Shown: positions 25,801-37,600 of the stretch, in pieces | How the letters are laid out: each line of letters begins with the position of its first letter | How positions within the stretch are numbered: the first letter of the stretch is position 1 | DNA from: Marsupella aquatica | Taxonomy: Eukaryota > Plantae > Marchantiophyta | Length of the DNA: 64,000 bases | Assembly (NCBI GenBank): GCA_973895155.1 | Contig: OZ316894.1 | Location: 805,968-869,967, forward strand | Reading direction: 5' to 3' | Translations under genes and position numbers: made by a program | Notes under the pieces: generated by a model | What the model saw: only the letters and a program-made list of their open reading frames with translations | Databases searched by the model: none | Told to the model about the DNA's origin: nothing

Positions 25801-28772
25801 CTAAACAGTACTCTTCAAATTCCATTGAAGTGTACTCCCCGCCGTTGTCTGACCTCAGACTCTTCACCCTTGTATCCAAACACTTGATCGTGTTTCCAGT
25901 CTGATTCTCCACCTGGGCCTTCCACTTCTTAAAAATGGACAAGACATCAAACTTATGCGTCATGAAATAAATCCACACAAATCTTGAGTAATCATCAATA
26001 AATGATACATAGTACAACTTTCCAGAGTGTGAGGGAGTCGGGGATGGACCCCACACGTCACTATGTATGTACTCAAGAACCGCTTTGGAACGATGAGTTC
26101 CAACACCAAAAGCACGATGATGCTGCTTTCCAAGAATGCAATGCTCACAAAACTCTAATTTACAAGATTGCAAATCAGAAATGAGTCCATTCTTCCGTAA
26201 GATAGCCAAACCCTTCTCACTCATGTGGCCTAGCCGTGAATGCCACAGTTGAGTCATCTCCTCGTGAGACTTGGTTACATTGGCCTCTCCACATACAGTA
26301 TTGCCCTGTAACACATACAAATTCTTTTGTCTACTCCCCTTCAAAATCACTGTCTCTCCCGACCTGACTTGAAGTTCACCATCAATAACGCTCCATTGAT
26401 GACCATTTGAATCCAACACACCGAGTGAAATCAGATTCTTACGCATACCAGGTACATACCTGACTCCGAACACTGTGCGCACAGCGCCATCAAACATTTG
26501 AATCTTCACAGACCTAATTCCCTCAATTTGACAGGAGTGATCATTTCCCATCAGAACTGAACTGTTTGAAACAGAGTAAGAAGTGAAAAACTCACGAATG
26601 TAACAAATATGAAAAGAGCAAGCACAATCAAGAATCCACACATCATCTGCTCTCCTAGATGACGTGCACAGGGCATACCCCCGGCTTCATAAAACATACT
26701 CATCATTGAGTAAATCAGCTTCTCCATCAGCCCTAGCCACATTTGTCGATGAAGTTTCCGCTGCCTTTCCCTTACAGTCTCGCTTGAAGTGTCCAACTTG
26801 GTTGCACTTCCAACATGTCACCTGCCTCCTCTAAGGGGATTTACCCTTGGACTTAGATCTGGATTTAGATCTAAACTGGGTTCTACGGTCCCCAGTTGGT
26901 CGCTGCATACTCCTCCCACGGTTAACATTGAGGGCAACACCAGATGATGAAGGCTGTGACGTGATGTGCATCTTCTGCTGAAGATCATCACTAAGCAGAG
27001 AACTTACCACATCATTGTATGAAATGGTATCCCTATCACGATGCAACAACACTCGTGATAGGGACTGGTAAGATGGAGGCAATGAACTAAGAAGCTGCAG
27101 AGCCTTCGTCTCATCATTCAAAGTCTCCCCAAGGTTTTCCAAGTCAACGACCATGTCGTTGAAAACATCCACATGGTCTTGCAACTTTGTACCGGATTCC
27201 TTCATCCTGAAACTCATCAGTTTGTAGGAAGTGTAGAGCCGGTTCGACAACTCCTTGCGGTGATACTTGCTCTGCAATTCCGCAAACAAGGACATGCAAT
27301 CCTTATGTGCACCCAACTGCTTGATGATGGGAGGCATGAGATAGAGTGTAACACACCACACTCCCTGCTCCTGCATGCGGTCCCATTGTTTCTCATCAAC
27401 ATCGTCTTCACGAGGGCTCAGCAGTTGGCCCATCCCTTACGCATAGAGCACTCCCTTCACCTGCTTCTCCCATAGCAAGTAGTCAGAGCGCCCATCATAC
27501 TTTGTCACTTCATACTTGGGTCCCCCAAGCTTGAAAGTCCCCATCTTCTTCTTTGGCACTACCGTGAGCTCCGGTAGTAGTACTGCTTCCTCCACCACAC
27601 GCCGCACCGGTGATGGTATCGGTGTCACGTGCTCTTCCTCCTGCTCCTCTCTCTCTGCCCCTGAAACCTCCACGGTGATCCTCGTGCTTCAAGTTCCACG
27701 TCTTCGAAAAACTCCTCCGAATCACTCATATGAGAAAATCACAAAAAATGTTGTTTTTCACAACTTCTCCAAAAACTCGAAACTCAACACCGCCGCGTAG
27801 CCCACAAAGCTAGGAGTCCAATACTGAAAACCGAAATCAAAATCAAAATTTGACGGAAAAGTTATTCAAATTTCGGTCGAGGTGGGTAAAACCTTGGGAA
27901 ACTCCCCCGTTTTGACCACCTCAGGGAATAACCGAAATACCAAGTACAACCCGTTGTCGGAATTGCGATGTGATTGGTGCGCCGCGCTGCCAACTTCAAT
28001 GGCTTGTCAACAACGAATGTTGATCAATTGCACTTGGTGCCGTCACCAAGTCCAACAAGGTAATTGATTTTGCTTAGCCTTCCTCTTTGCATCAAAGAGC
28101 CAATCCCGGACTCAAAACAATTGTCTTGCCTCAATCTCTCCGTTGAGTCAAAACACTTGACGCTTCTCCCTTCGAGTCGATTGCCAACTTTCTTCACAAA
28201 ATCCAGAACGACGAAAACTTAGATCTCTCTGCACCACGAGCTCCGTTGAGCGATTTCTTCACACCGTTAGAAAGCTCTTGCCCTGATCTATCCGTTGAGC
28301 CCATAAACTCCAAGTTCCATGCGACAAAACTCTGGGAAATCCACCGACACTCAACGCTGGAAAAACCGTCATGAAATCCCATCACGAACACACGTCACCT
28401 CCCAAGCATGCTCTGATACCAATTGTTGAGCATAGACGACGATCGCAACGGCAAGCCCATGAACCATCCAACGCACAATAGTCGACACAAGAGATACGTG
28501 GTTCACCTCCTTGAGGCTACGTCCACGGGAACACACAAGAGAGCTTTACTGAAGTCTAAGCCCGTCGGCTATACCGAGTCTCCACAGTGTAAGCTCTCCC
28601 TATCTCTCAAGTGGCTCCATAACAATGAGTCTTGGTTCTACCTCTCCAAGCACACATGCCTCTTATGATATAGTGTGCAACGTAGTTGTACCTAACCACG
28701 TAGTTGTACCAACCCACGTTGTTGTACCAACCACGTCATACCTAACCTAGACGTAAGAGTAAATACCCAACA
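22875..28772 (-). mobile_element. Full-length Ty1/copia LTR retrotransposon
   Basis: 349-bp LTRs at 22875-23223 and 28424-28772 (4 mismatches by eye), TGTTG..CAACA ends, TSD ATTGG. Met-i PBS TGGTATCAGAGC at 28421-28410. Polypurine tract next to 23224. Confidence 0.97.
23414..27673 (-). pseudogene. Copia gag-pol in a single frame with three in-frame stops (27437, 26831, 26687); pol part 26641-23414 is open
   Basis: Gag with CWKCNQVGHFKRDC knuckle; protease WILDCACSFH; GAG-pre-integrase WHSRLGH; integrase HSDVWG..SDNGGEY..NGVAER; RT YVDDML; RNase H YVDSDY..KHIDVRYH. Confidence 0.93.
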
Positions 28773-28999
28773 ATTGGACTCTTGGTTGAGTTAGAGCCGT
28801 GGAGATGGTTGCTAGCTATTTGGGCCATGGGCATGTCCTGGAGGCAGGGCAATCGACCAATGACAGATAGAAAGTGGGAAAGCTTGGGCGGTACCCAACA
28901 CAGGGGTTGTTATGGAAAAATAGTGGGTGCCAACCTTAGCTTCAAATTATGGCAAGGCCATGCAGGCTTGGGAGTGCCAATCTCGAACTCAAAACAACC

Positions 29000-29829
29000 G
29001 CTTCACTGCGATCTCTCCGTTGAGCCCTAGCATTTCGCGTTTACAACTTCGAGTCGACTGTCACGACGAGTAACCCGGTTCAGGGAAAAACAAGCACCAT
29101 AGCTTGTCAAAAAACCAGAACTCAACACCTACTCGTCAAGTTGCACTTGCACAACAAACGCCAGCAAGCTAGGTAACAAAATGACCAGCTTGCTTTAACC
29201 TTCCACTTGAGCTATAACATGCGATGCCTCCCGCACCTCACAGCTCACACCATTGCAAAAACAAACTCTGGTCTCTCCCACGAAAATACCGTCAAACACG
29301 AAACTCCACAGAAAAACGATCTCTACGATTACTCCTCTACAATAACTCCTCACTCAGAAATCCAATCGATGATTTCTAACCGCCGTTAGAAAGCCCTCTC
29401 AACGATCTATTCGATGAGCCCACCACTAACAAGGTTCATGCGACAAAAACTCCTGGGATCTTCAAACCGTCAACTACACAAGAAATTCTTGTCACCGTAG
29501 CACTGTCACCTCCCGGGCATGCTTTGATACCACTTGTTGGGTATAATCCTTATACCTAGACACCATGCACATGTAAACACTACAAAGTAGTCGACATAGC
29601 GAGTACGTGGTTCACCTCTCGACTGAGGCTACTTCCACAAGAAAGCAAGAGACCTTTACTTCTCTCTTGCTCCACTTGAACAATGAACTGAAGATCCACC
29701 AGGGGCTGGCATCAGCCCTGGTTATATACCGCATGCATCACTACTAACCGGCCCTAAGCTAAGTCCTAACCTGAGTTAGCCTAATTGCGGTTAGTTCTAG
29801 AGTCACAAGACTAGGAGCAATACTCAACA
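29000..29829 (-). mobile_element. Truncated second copia-type element: LTR 29535-29829 + PBS + leader
   Basis: TGTTG...CAACA 295-bp LTR. PBS-like gctttgatacca at 29521-29532. The leader resembles that of the full element (ccgttagaaagc..gatctat.cg.tgagccc). Confidence 0.75.
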
Positions 29830-30378
29830 AAGGTGTGAAGATTAGTGTCCTTGTATGTTTAAGGCCAAAGGGAGGAGACTTGAGAAAATTGAACTACGGT
29901 TCCATGGACCAGTCAGGGGCATTTTGTCTATGGCATAGAAGTGCTTAAAGCAATGATGAGCATTATAGGACATTCTCTTTTCCATGCAAGGAATTAACCA
30001 ACAAAAAGAAACAAACAGGGTATAGTGTCATGCAAGCATTGAAGATTTTTCCTTGTTGCAAAGAAAGTATTTTTCCCGCAAAAGACCTAGACTCCATTGA
30101 TCTTGAAGTTTTTATGATTGTGCAACTTTTGCAAAAAAACAGACCTATCTGCATAGTGGTGACTGTTCTGTGCAAATTTTGCAAAATATTTTCAAGAAGG
30201 AAGCCAAACCTTACTTCACCAGGCATGACGGGTGGCTCTTTCATGACGGGTGGCACAGATGAAGAAAGCAGAATCAAAGAAAATACTTTTCAGGCAACCA
30301 AATCAATGTAAAATAGTATTTCAAAGTTTTCAAAAGCACCAATAGATACAAGAGTCATGAGTGTTTAGAATACCTATA

Positions 30379-30556
30379 TGTGCTTTGACCAGACATGACT
30401 GGTACCTCTTTTCTCAAGAGATTTGCAAAAAGCAACTGTTAAGCATGAAAAGTTCAATTTTCTAATTATCTGTGCTTTGACCAGACATGACTGGTACCTC
30501 TTTTCTCAATAGATTTGCCAAAGAAACTGTCAAGCATGAAAAGTTCAATTTTCTGA
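30379..30556. repeat. Tandem duplication of about 92 bp
   Basis: tgtgctttgaccagacatgactggtacctcttttctcaa at 30379 and 30471. Confidence 0.85.
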
Positions 30557-31614
30557 AATGAAAACTTTCAGAGAAATGTTTCTCCAACCAAAACCCAAAC
30601 TAACAGCTTTTTTAACTTTTATCATTAATAGGCCATTACCATGTTTCTTTGTCATATGAGGGAAAAACCGTTACATACACCATACACCACTTCGCTAGCA
30701 CTTTTTGGACTCCTTTTTGGGCTTGCTGACTCGCTGACCATCTGGAGAAATCCACGCAGCTTTACAAATGCACTGGAAATCCAACATAAGAGGCTTCCGG
30801 GGTACCTTGCTGTCCAAGGGGTGCCGATTAATTTCGTAGCAATTAGGATGTATCATACTAATTAGAACGGCTGTGACTCGCTACGGCAGTGATGCCATTC
30901 CTCGCTGGCGAAAATAGGTGGCATTCACTGGGGAAACCAAGCATTCTGGGAGATATGGGAGATTTCGCGACCAGGTTTACGGTCGGGAAGTCGCCAAGGT
31001 GGCATTTGATTTACGACGAACCAGGAGGTGACAGGTGGACCGATACGCATGGCTAATTCAGTGTCGTCGTCCAGGCAACCTTGCCACCTCAAGTTCTTTC
31101 AGGGGCGGTGGATGATGTTACTCGACGAACAAGGCGGGGAATCGCAAGACGGAAACGCTAATTTGTGTGTTTGGGCAACTATGCCGGTAGTAATCTTTGA
31201 CAGCTTGTTGCCTCGGTTGTCTGCCAGCCTTCAATTTCTTCACGTAATTTTAGTATTAGAATATATTGACCAAGACAGGGATGAGCCATGGATTGCATGG
31301 GGAGGGAGTTGGCAGGAATTGGATTGTGTGAGCATTTGTGGGGTGATTATTATGAAGACTGGAGCACCGCTTATCGGTCTTGAGTTTAAAACTACTAGCA
31401 TGGAGCTTGTTCTCGTATCTCCTTTCTCGGGGTGCACTTGAGTCGAATGATTGGCCAGTGAGCTCAATGAATAGAGCCAGTTCAGAGAAACCGAAGATGT
31501 TGTATCTATCTCTCTTTGTCCCGTGTTGTACTTGGCACTGATTGGTGATAAGAACGCTTTCCTTTTGACGAAAATTGCTTGTGCTGATCTTCATTTGCGC
31601 AAAAGTTCGCTTTC

Positions 31615-34600
31615 ATGTCGCAATTTCTTCGGGTTGCTGATTTTAGACAAAATATGTGTGCCTTTCCCTTCGGCCTACACCAGGCCAAAGCGCATCTGTT
31701 TGAAAGGAGAAACCTGTGTCGAGCAGGCGTATCCTCCACAACAGGAGTGAGGCCAAGCCGACCCTCGAGTAGTACTTTCCGCAGCGCTCGGAAGTTCCCG
31801 CAACAGCTTCCAAGTAAAGCGTTCCGGACGCGATTCTCACATTTTAGTGCCCCTGAGCTGTCCAACGCTAGTCTTTCGAATTTTGTAGCCAGATCGTTAG
31901 GAATTGGTGGATTCGAATTTCTGAGAGCGGAATCGCTTCTGACACTTTCTGCCTCGGATCTTCCCCTCCAAAGTACAGAAACGCCAAATTTGTATGTGTT
32001 CCTCTCCCGAATTCTCGAGGATGTCACGCCAATCGATGTCCTTTCTTTCACCTTTGTATCGGCAGTTTTTGGAATCATGGCAGCGTACATCATCCATGAG
32101 TTGAAAGATCACGTGGATAGTCCGTCTACAGGGCTGCTTGATTATAATCGACAGAGTAGTCCCGGTGTAGTGAATTCGTCTTCGACGCTTCGGAAGGCTG
32201 TTGTAAGCGAAAACGAGAGCGAAACTGCTGACGTTTGGCTTAATCTTTCGAAGTCGTCTTCGTTCTTTCGGTCAGTCTCCGCAAGGTGTCCTTCATTATC
32301 TTCCTCTACTGCTTACCGATACGTACAGCAACTGGAGTTCAAGAAGCCGGAGTTCCAAAGACAATGTCTTCCCGCACCCGATGGAGGGACAGTGGCTTTG
32401 GATTGGCCTTCACATCTGGATATTGATGGTAGCAAGGAGCTGGAGAACATCATGCTACTTGTCTGTGGCACTACTGAAGGAACTCACGAGGATGGTATAC
32501 TAAAGTTCTCGCAGTTGGTAGAACAGCATGGCTATTTTCCGATCATCTTCAATCCACGGGGCTGTGGTGGATCCCCTTTGACGACACCGAGGCAAGTTCT
32601 CTTTTGATTGTCTGTGGTCTCATGCAGTTGGGTTGTTGGATCCTTTGTACAAGTCTTTTACTAGGAATGTCCTTCGTTGACACTTGAAGGATTGCATACG
32701 TTTGAGCAGGCAAGAAATTAGTTCAATGGTCGTAAAGTAAAGAGAACCTTCCATCTCAAACCTTCGGACTCTTCATTCTTTCCCTTAGAGTAACGGGGAG
32801 CGATGTCGTCTCAATTCTGATACTTGAAAGGCTCAACCCAACAGAAAAGAAACTGCTAGAAATCTTACAGCTCTTCAGAAATATTTCTTGGATTAGATTT
32901 TGTTGCGTCAACGGTCAGAAAATACTGCTTGTATTGAGACTGCATTTGTGGTTTTGGGGGTAGGGTATTTTCAGCTGCAGATAGCGATGATGTTCGTCTA
33001 GCTGTCGAATTTGTTACCAAGTCCAGGCCCTGGGCCACATTTTCGGGTATCGGATGGGGTTTGGGAGCAAACATCCTTGCCAGGTACTTAGGAGAAGAAG
33101 GATCTTACACGCCCCTGACTGCTGCTGTCTGCATCGACAATCCATTTGACCTAAGTTCGGTCACACGACCCGTTTCAGGTTCTCGATGGGTTGAGTTCAA
33201 TCACTCCATGAGCAAAGGCCTTGTCCAGATTCTCGACGCCAGTAAGGTATGTGGAGATTTCTCCAACCCTCCTGTTTTTGCATTTTTCTAGAAGAGCACC
33301 CCAGCCGACAACTTATAACGAGTGCCAATGTCTAGAAGAGGAAACAAATCTCTCCCAGGATGTGCTCACCTGATTAAAGACGAGAACATCTGTCACGAGA
33401 TTAACGGGTTCGCCTTTTGGGATTATGTACATCATTTAGTACATACTAATATCAACTTTAAAAAAAGAAGTTCAGATGAAAGGTCAATTTGTTTTGATTG
33501 CCTTCTTGAATTTTTCGTAAGCCTCTGTAGGCAACTAAGCAGCCTCTCATCAAAATATAGGGAGTCTCTCGTGCACTCTAATGCATGCGTCTGAGTTTTT
33601 GGCAGATGCTCTTTCAAGGAGAGAAAAGAGGGTTTGATGTAAGTGGAGCCCTCGCAGCCACTTCCGTACGAGATTTTGACGAAGCAATATCACGAGTAGT
33701 ACATGGATATACCACGTTGGAAGATTTTTATGTCAACACCAGGAGTGGAGAAATTCTTGGGGGGATTCGGATCCCTCTCTTGTGTATTCTGGCATGTCAC
33801 CCATCCTGTCTTTGTTGAGAATCAAGGTTTCTTTATAATAATTGCTGAACAGTTGCTGATTCTATTCATATTTGGCGTTTTAGGATTCCTGATTCTATTT
33901 TACAAAAGCCACCTCAGTGTGGATTTTTTAGGAGAGTCTCATTAGTCGATGTTCTGCGGTTGGCGTTTGGTGCTTTCCAAACTCAGAAACACCTGAACTG
34001 TTTTGAACTGTAGTGGTTTCACTGTTCTTATTTTGCAGCATCTAGAAGACTACACACGAACCCAAGCTTCTATTCCGCACCAAGTGTTTGAGACGAATCC
34101 GTACACTATGCTTCTGGTAGCTAGCCCGTCAGACTCCAGGGATGATCATCCTGGCGCAGCATCTGATTGGACGCATGCGATTTCGTTGGAGGTAGGCTTT
34201 TCAACCAACAGACCAACTTCATTATGTATGCTGAGCAAACGGCCAAGCCTCATACTAATATCACATCGAAATGGATCTCTCTGCAGTGGCTCACAGCAGT
34301 AGAAATATCTATGCTGAAAGGACGACATCCTGACTTGAGTGAATTTAGTCCCACTTTCAAGCTGCCAAGGGAACGAAGCCCCTTTAGAAATCAATTGTCT
34401 GGTGAATCGTTGGAAACAACGGATAAGAAGGTAGCCACCGCAGGTCCTGGAGCTAGTTCTGGTAATTCTTATCCCAAAGAGGTTGCACTAAAAGATGCGG
34501 ATGAGAAGATGAAGAATCTAGACCCTTCCCAGCTCGAGGTAAGTTTTTCAAAATGCAACGACATACTAGAGTAGATTCTGTTCACTTTTGGGGGGAATGA

Positions 34601-37600
34601 CAAATCTTCTCAAACGCTTGTGAGTTTTCCTACTTTTAATCAAAGGAGATCTTACTGTGATCCGTTGTGGGGCGAGCGAGCAGAAAGAGGAGTCAATCGA
34701 AAAGAGTTCTTTACCTTCCAAGGCATCTCATGGAGAAGTTGCACAGGCTTCAGAGATCTCAGATGGCTTTGAAGAGGGTCAGGAAGCTGAACCTCAACTT
34801 CCTGTAGAGGAACTTACAGAAGCAGAAGAGGCTGAAAGAGGACAAGTTGTGCAAGTTGCAGAAACTGTGATGAATGTTCTAGATGTCACAATGCCAGGCA
34901 CTTTAGCAGTTGCTCAGAAACAGCAGGTGAGGCTCGTTTCTAGGTGAAGTCTATGACTGTCTCGCCTCCGTCTTTTAATACTCTCTTCGAAACGTTGTCT
35001 GTTTATGTTGATTGATGCCAAGCCACATCCATGCGTGTTATTAGAGATCAAGTAATGCTAATTCTTCCAGGATCGTTTGGTCTTTTTGTAAAGGTATTGA
35101 AAGCTGTTGGAAGGGGCGAAACTGTTGTCACTGCCTTGGAAGAAGCTGTTCCCGAGGAAGTACGGGGAAAAATGTCCGCTGCAGTTTCTGAGGTCGTCAA
35201 TGCACAAGGAAAATTGGCTGGAAGTCAGCCTCCTGCTCCAATGCTGGCAGCAGGCGTGACAGACGGCATTCAGGGAAAACTCTTAGCATGGACAGGTGTG
35301 GCTCCCAAATCTAACGTAGATGTTTCTTCAAAATCAGGGGACAGAAGCAGTGATGACAAAGGGATAAATGGTAAGACAGCACGAAATAATGACACGACAA
35401 AAGAGAGTACTCCAGATAAAAACGACAAAAGTAGCAAGAACGAAACACAACAGTCGGAGACTGGGAATAAAAGTGGTGGAGGAAATAGAGGATCAGGTGA
35501 TGCATTGTCTACGGGCACTCCAAACGTGGAAGACCAGTCACATGATCAAGGTGATCAAGGGAAGAACAAGCAGGAACAGCCCCGAGGACCAGTAGACCGC
35601 TCGTTAGAAGAAAAAAAGGCAACGTCTGGGGGGAGCTCAGATTTGACTAGCCCCAGTGATAGTCCTGCGGATCAACTTGACGGCGGAGCGTCTGGACAGG
35701 GAAATAGTTCTGCTGGTGAGAAGGACAGCGCTAAGGATATGAGTAATCAAGCGGATTCAGAAAAAGTGAATGGAAGTGTGAATGCCAAAATGCCCAAAGA
35801 TGCAGAAAGTAAAGGTGAAATAACTACCCCTCCCGGTAACGTTGACTTGCCAACCCCTCAAATTGATCCTCCTAAATTGTCTCAAAAAGATCCTACCAGC
35901 TCCCAAGGGCCCGACGACAGATCAGCAGCTTTGGGTTCTCAAGCTCGTCAGAGCACAGACGTGCCCGTTGATGCCTCTAATACACCGCCTCCCAGTTCTC
36001 AGGTATCTCAAAGTGATAGCCCAGGATCGGAAATAGCTGCTGCGGCTTCTGATTCACCACCTCCTAGCTCTCAAGCATCTCAAAGTGATGCTCCACAGAT
36101 CGAGACCACTCCTTCTCCTCCGAGCTCTCCACCTGAGAACTCGCCACCTGCTCCTGCATTGCCTACACCCCAGAATCCGCCATCTCAGAGTGCACCAGTT
36201 CCACTTCCTTCAGTTGGGGAAGCCTTGCAGGCACTTACTGGATTTGATGACTCAACTCAAATGGCTGTCACAAATGTTTTCGGTGTAGTTGAGAATGTGC
36301 TTGATCAACTAGAAAAGGATAACCCTTCCGCCGAAGCTGAAGGTTCGAGTAAGGTGATAGCAGGAAATCTGTTGAACGATGCTACTTCTGAACTCACGAA
36401 GAGATTCGGACAGAATGCAAACAAGCCCGAGGATGAAGATCTGAACGATCAAGGCAATAGTGACAAACAATCCACGGAATTAAGTCTTGTTCCAAGCAAT
36501 CAGCAGAAAGAGGGTCACTTCCAATCTTTGCCTGAAGGAAGGGAGGACAGGAACGAGTCCAAATCGACGGGGTCTCCAATTGAAGTCGAGGGAATGTTCC
36601 CAGAGAGCAGGTTTTCTCGAAAAACTGCTGGTAGCCGTGGGGTCGAGCCTTGTCTGAGTAAGAATAGGTTGGGCTTTATCAAGGATGCATCAGGGCAGCA
36701 AACAGAGCCCGGTCATGAAGTACACGATAAAATGCAAAATCCACAATCTACTCTGTTTGAAAGCAGCTCAAACCATGTTCACGACTGTCCTGCTGAAGAC
36801 ATGGTTGACATTGGCGCCCTTGCAGATAGTGCTAATCAAAGAAGATTAGAGGTTATGGAAGCGGAAATTGAAGCAGAATGCGAGGAGACACCCGAGTCTT
36901 CGCCTTCGGGCCTGGTCGTAGCTGACAACTGTGTACCTGGTGTTCAAGAGAATTCAAGTCCGGTAGCAGACCTCGTTATGAATGCTCTCAAATTGGAGGT
37001 CCTGAGAAGGTTGGGTTCCGCTGGATTGGAAGGTTTGGGTGTGGATCTGGAGAAAGAAGTTGCAAACGTCGCGCACGCAGTTTCAGAGGCAGTGATGATG
37101 GGGAAGAATAAGTTATTTGGGGCAACGAGTCAAGAACTGGGAGGCACACAAGGATTAGAACCAAACCTGGGAGGCAAGCTAGGGGTATTGAATGGCAACA
37201 GTATTGTCACAGCATTAGGTTCTGTGCTTGGAAGCAACAGCCTCTTGGGTAGGCTCCTTCCGTTCGGTGTTCTTGCGGGTGTTGTAATGGCTGCTCTTGG
37301 TGCCACCTACCTGATTGTGGCAGATGATCAGGAGGAAGAGGCAGTTCAAATAAAGAGAAGTGGTTCTCAGATAAAACATGACACGAATTCGTCATCTTCG
37401 CGAAAAGTTGGATTAGCTTCAGCAAACTATAGTCGAGAACCTGATGAATCATCTGAAGAACTAGGGGCTGGATCGGGGCCGGATGGTGCCGAACATGTCA
37501 ACTACAGCATTTCTAGTGAGGAGGGTGAAGACGAATGGAATGACGTTGATGAGGTGAACGGTTCTGCCTCGGTTGGCAGCAGTGATAGGGAAGAACAGTC

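Larger units (their letters stand above)
22025..28990. repeat. Older non-coding interspersed repeat (22025-22874 + 28778-~28990), split by the copia insertion; inverted homolog at 46690-48160
   Basis: tatggtccaggcc..ggggagacttgtgggcaatga..gcactagcaaag and gctatttgggccatg.gcatgtcctg match the reverse complement of 48000-48100 and 47085-47120. Confidence 0.75.

Noticed and set aside
31506-32093. 195-aa antisense ORF
   Set aside because: Shadow of the first exon of the CAAX-protease gene.
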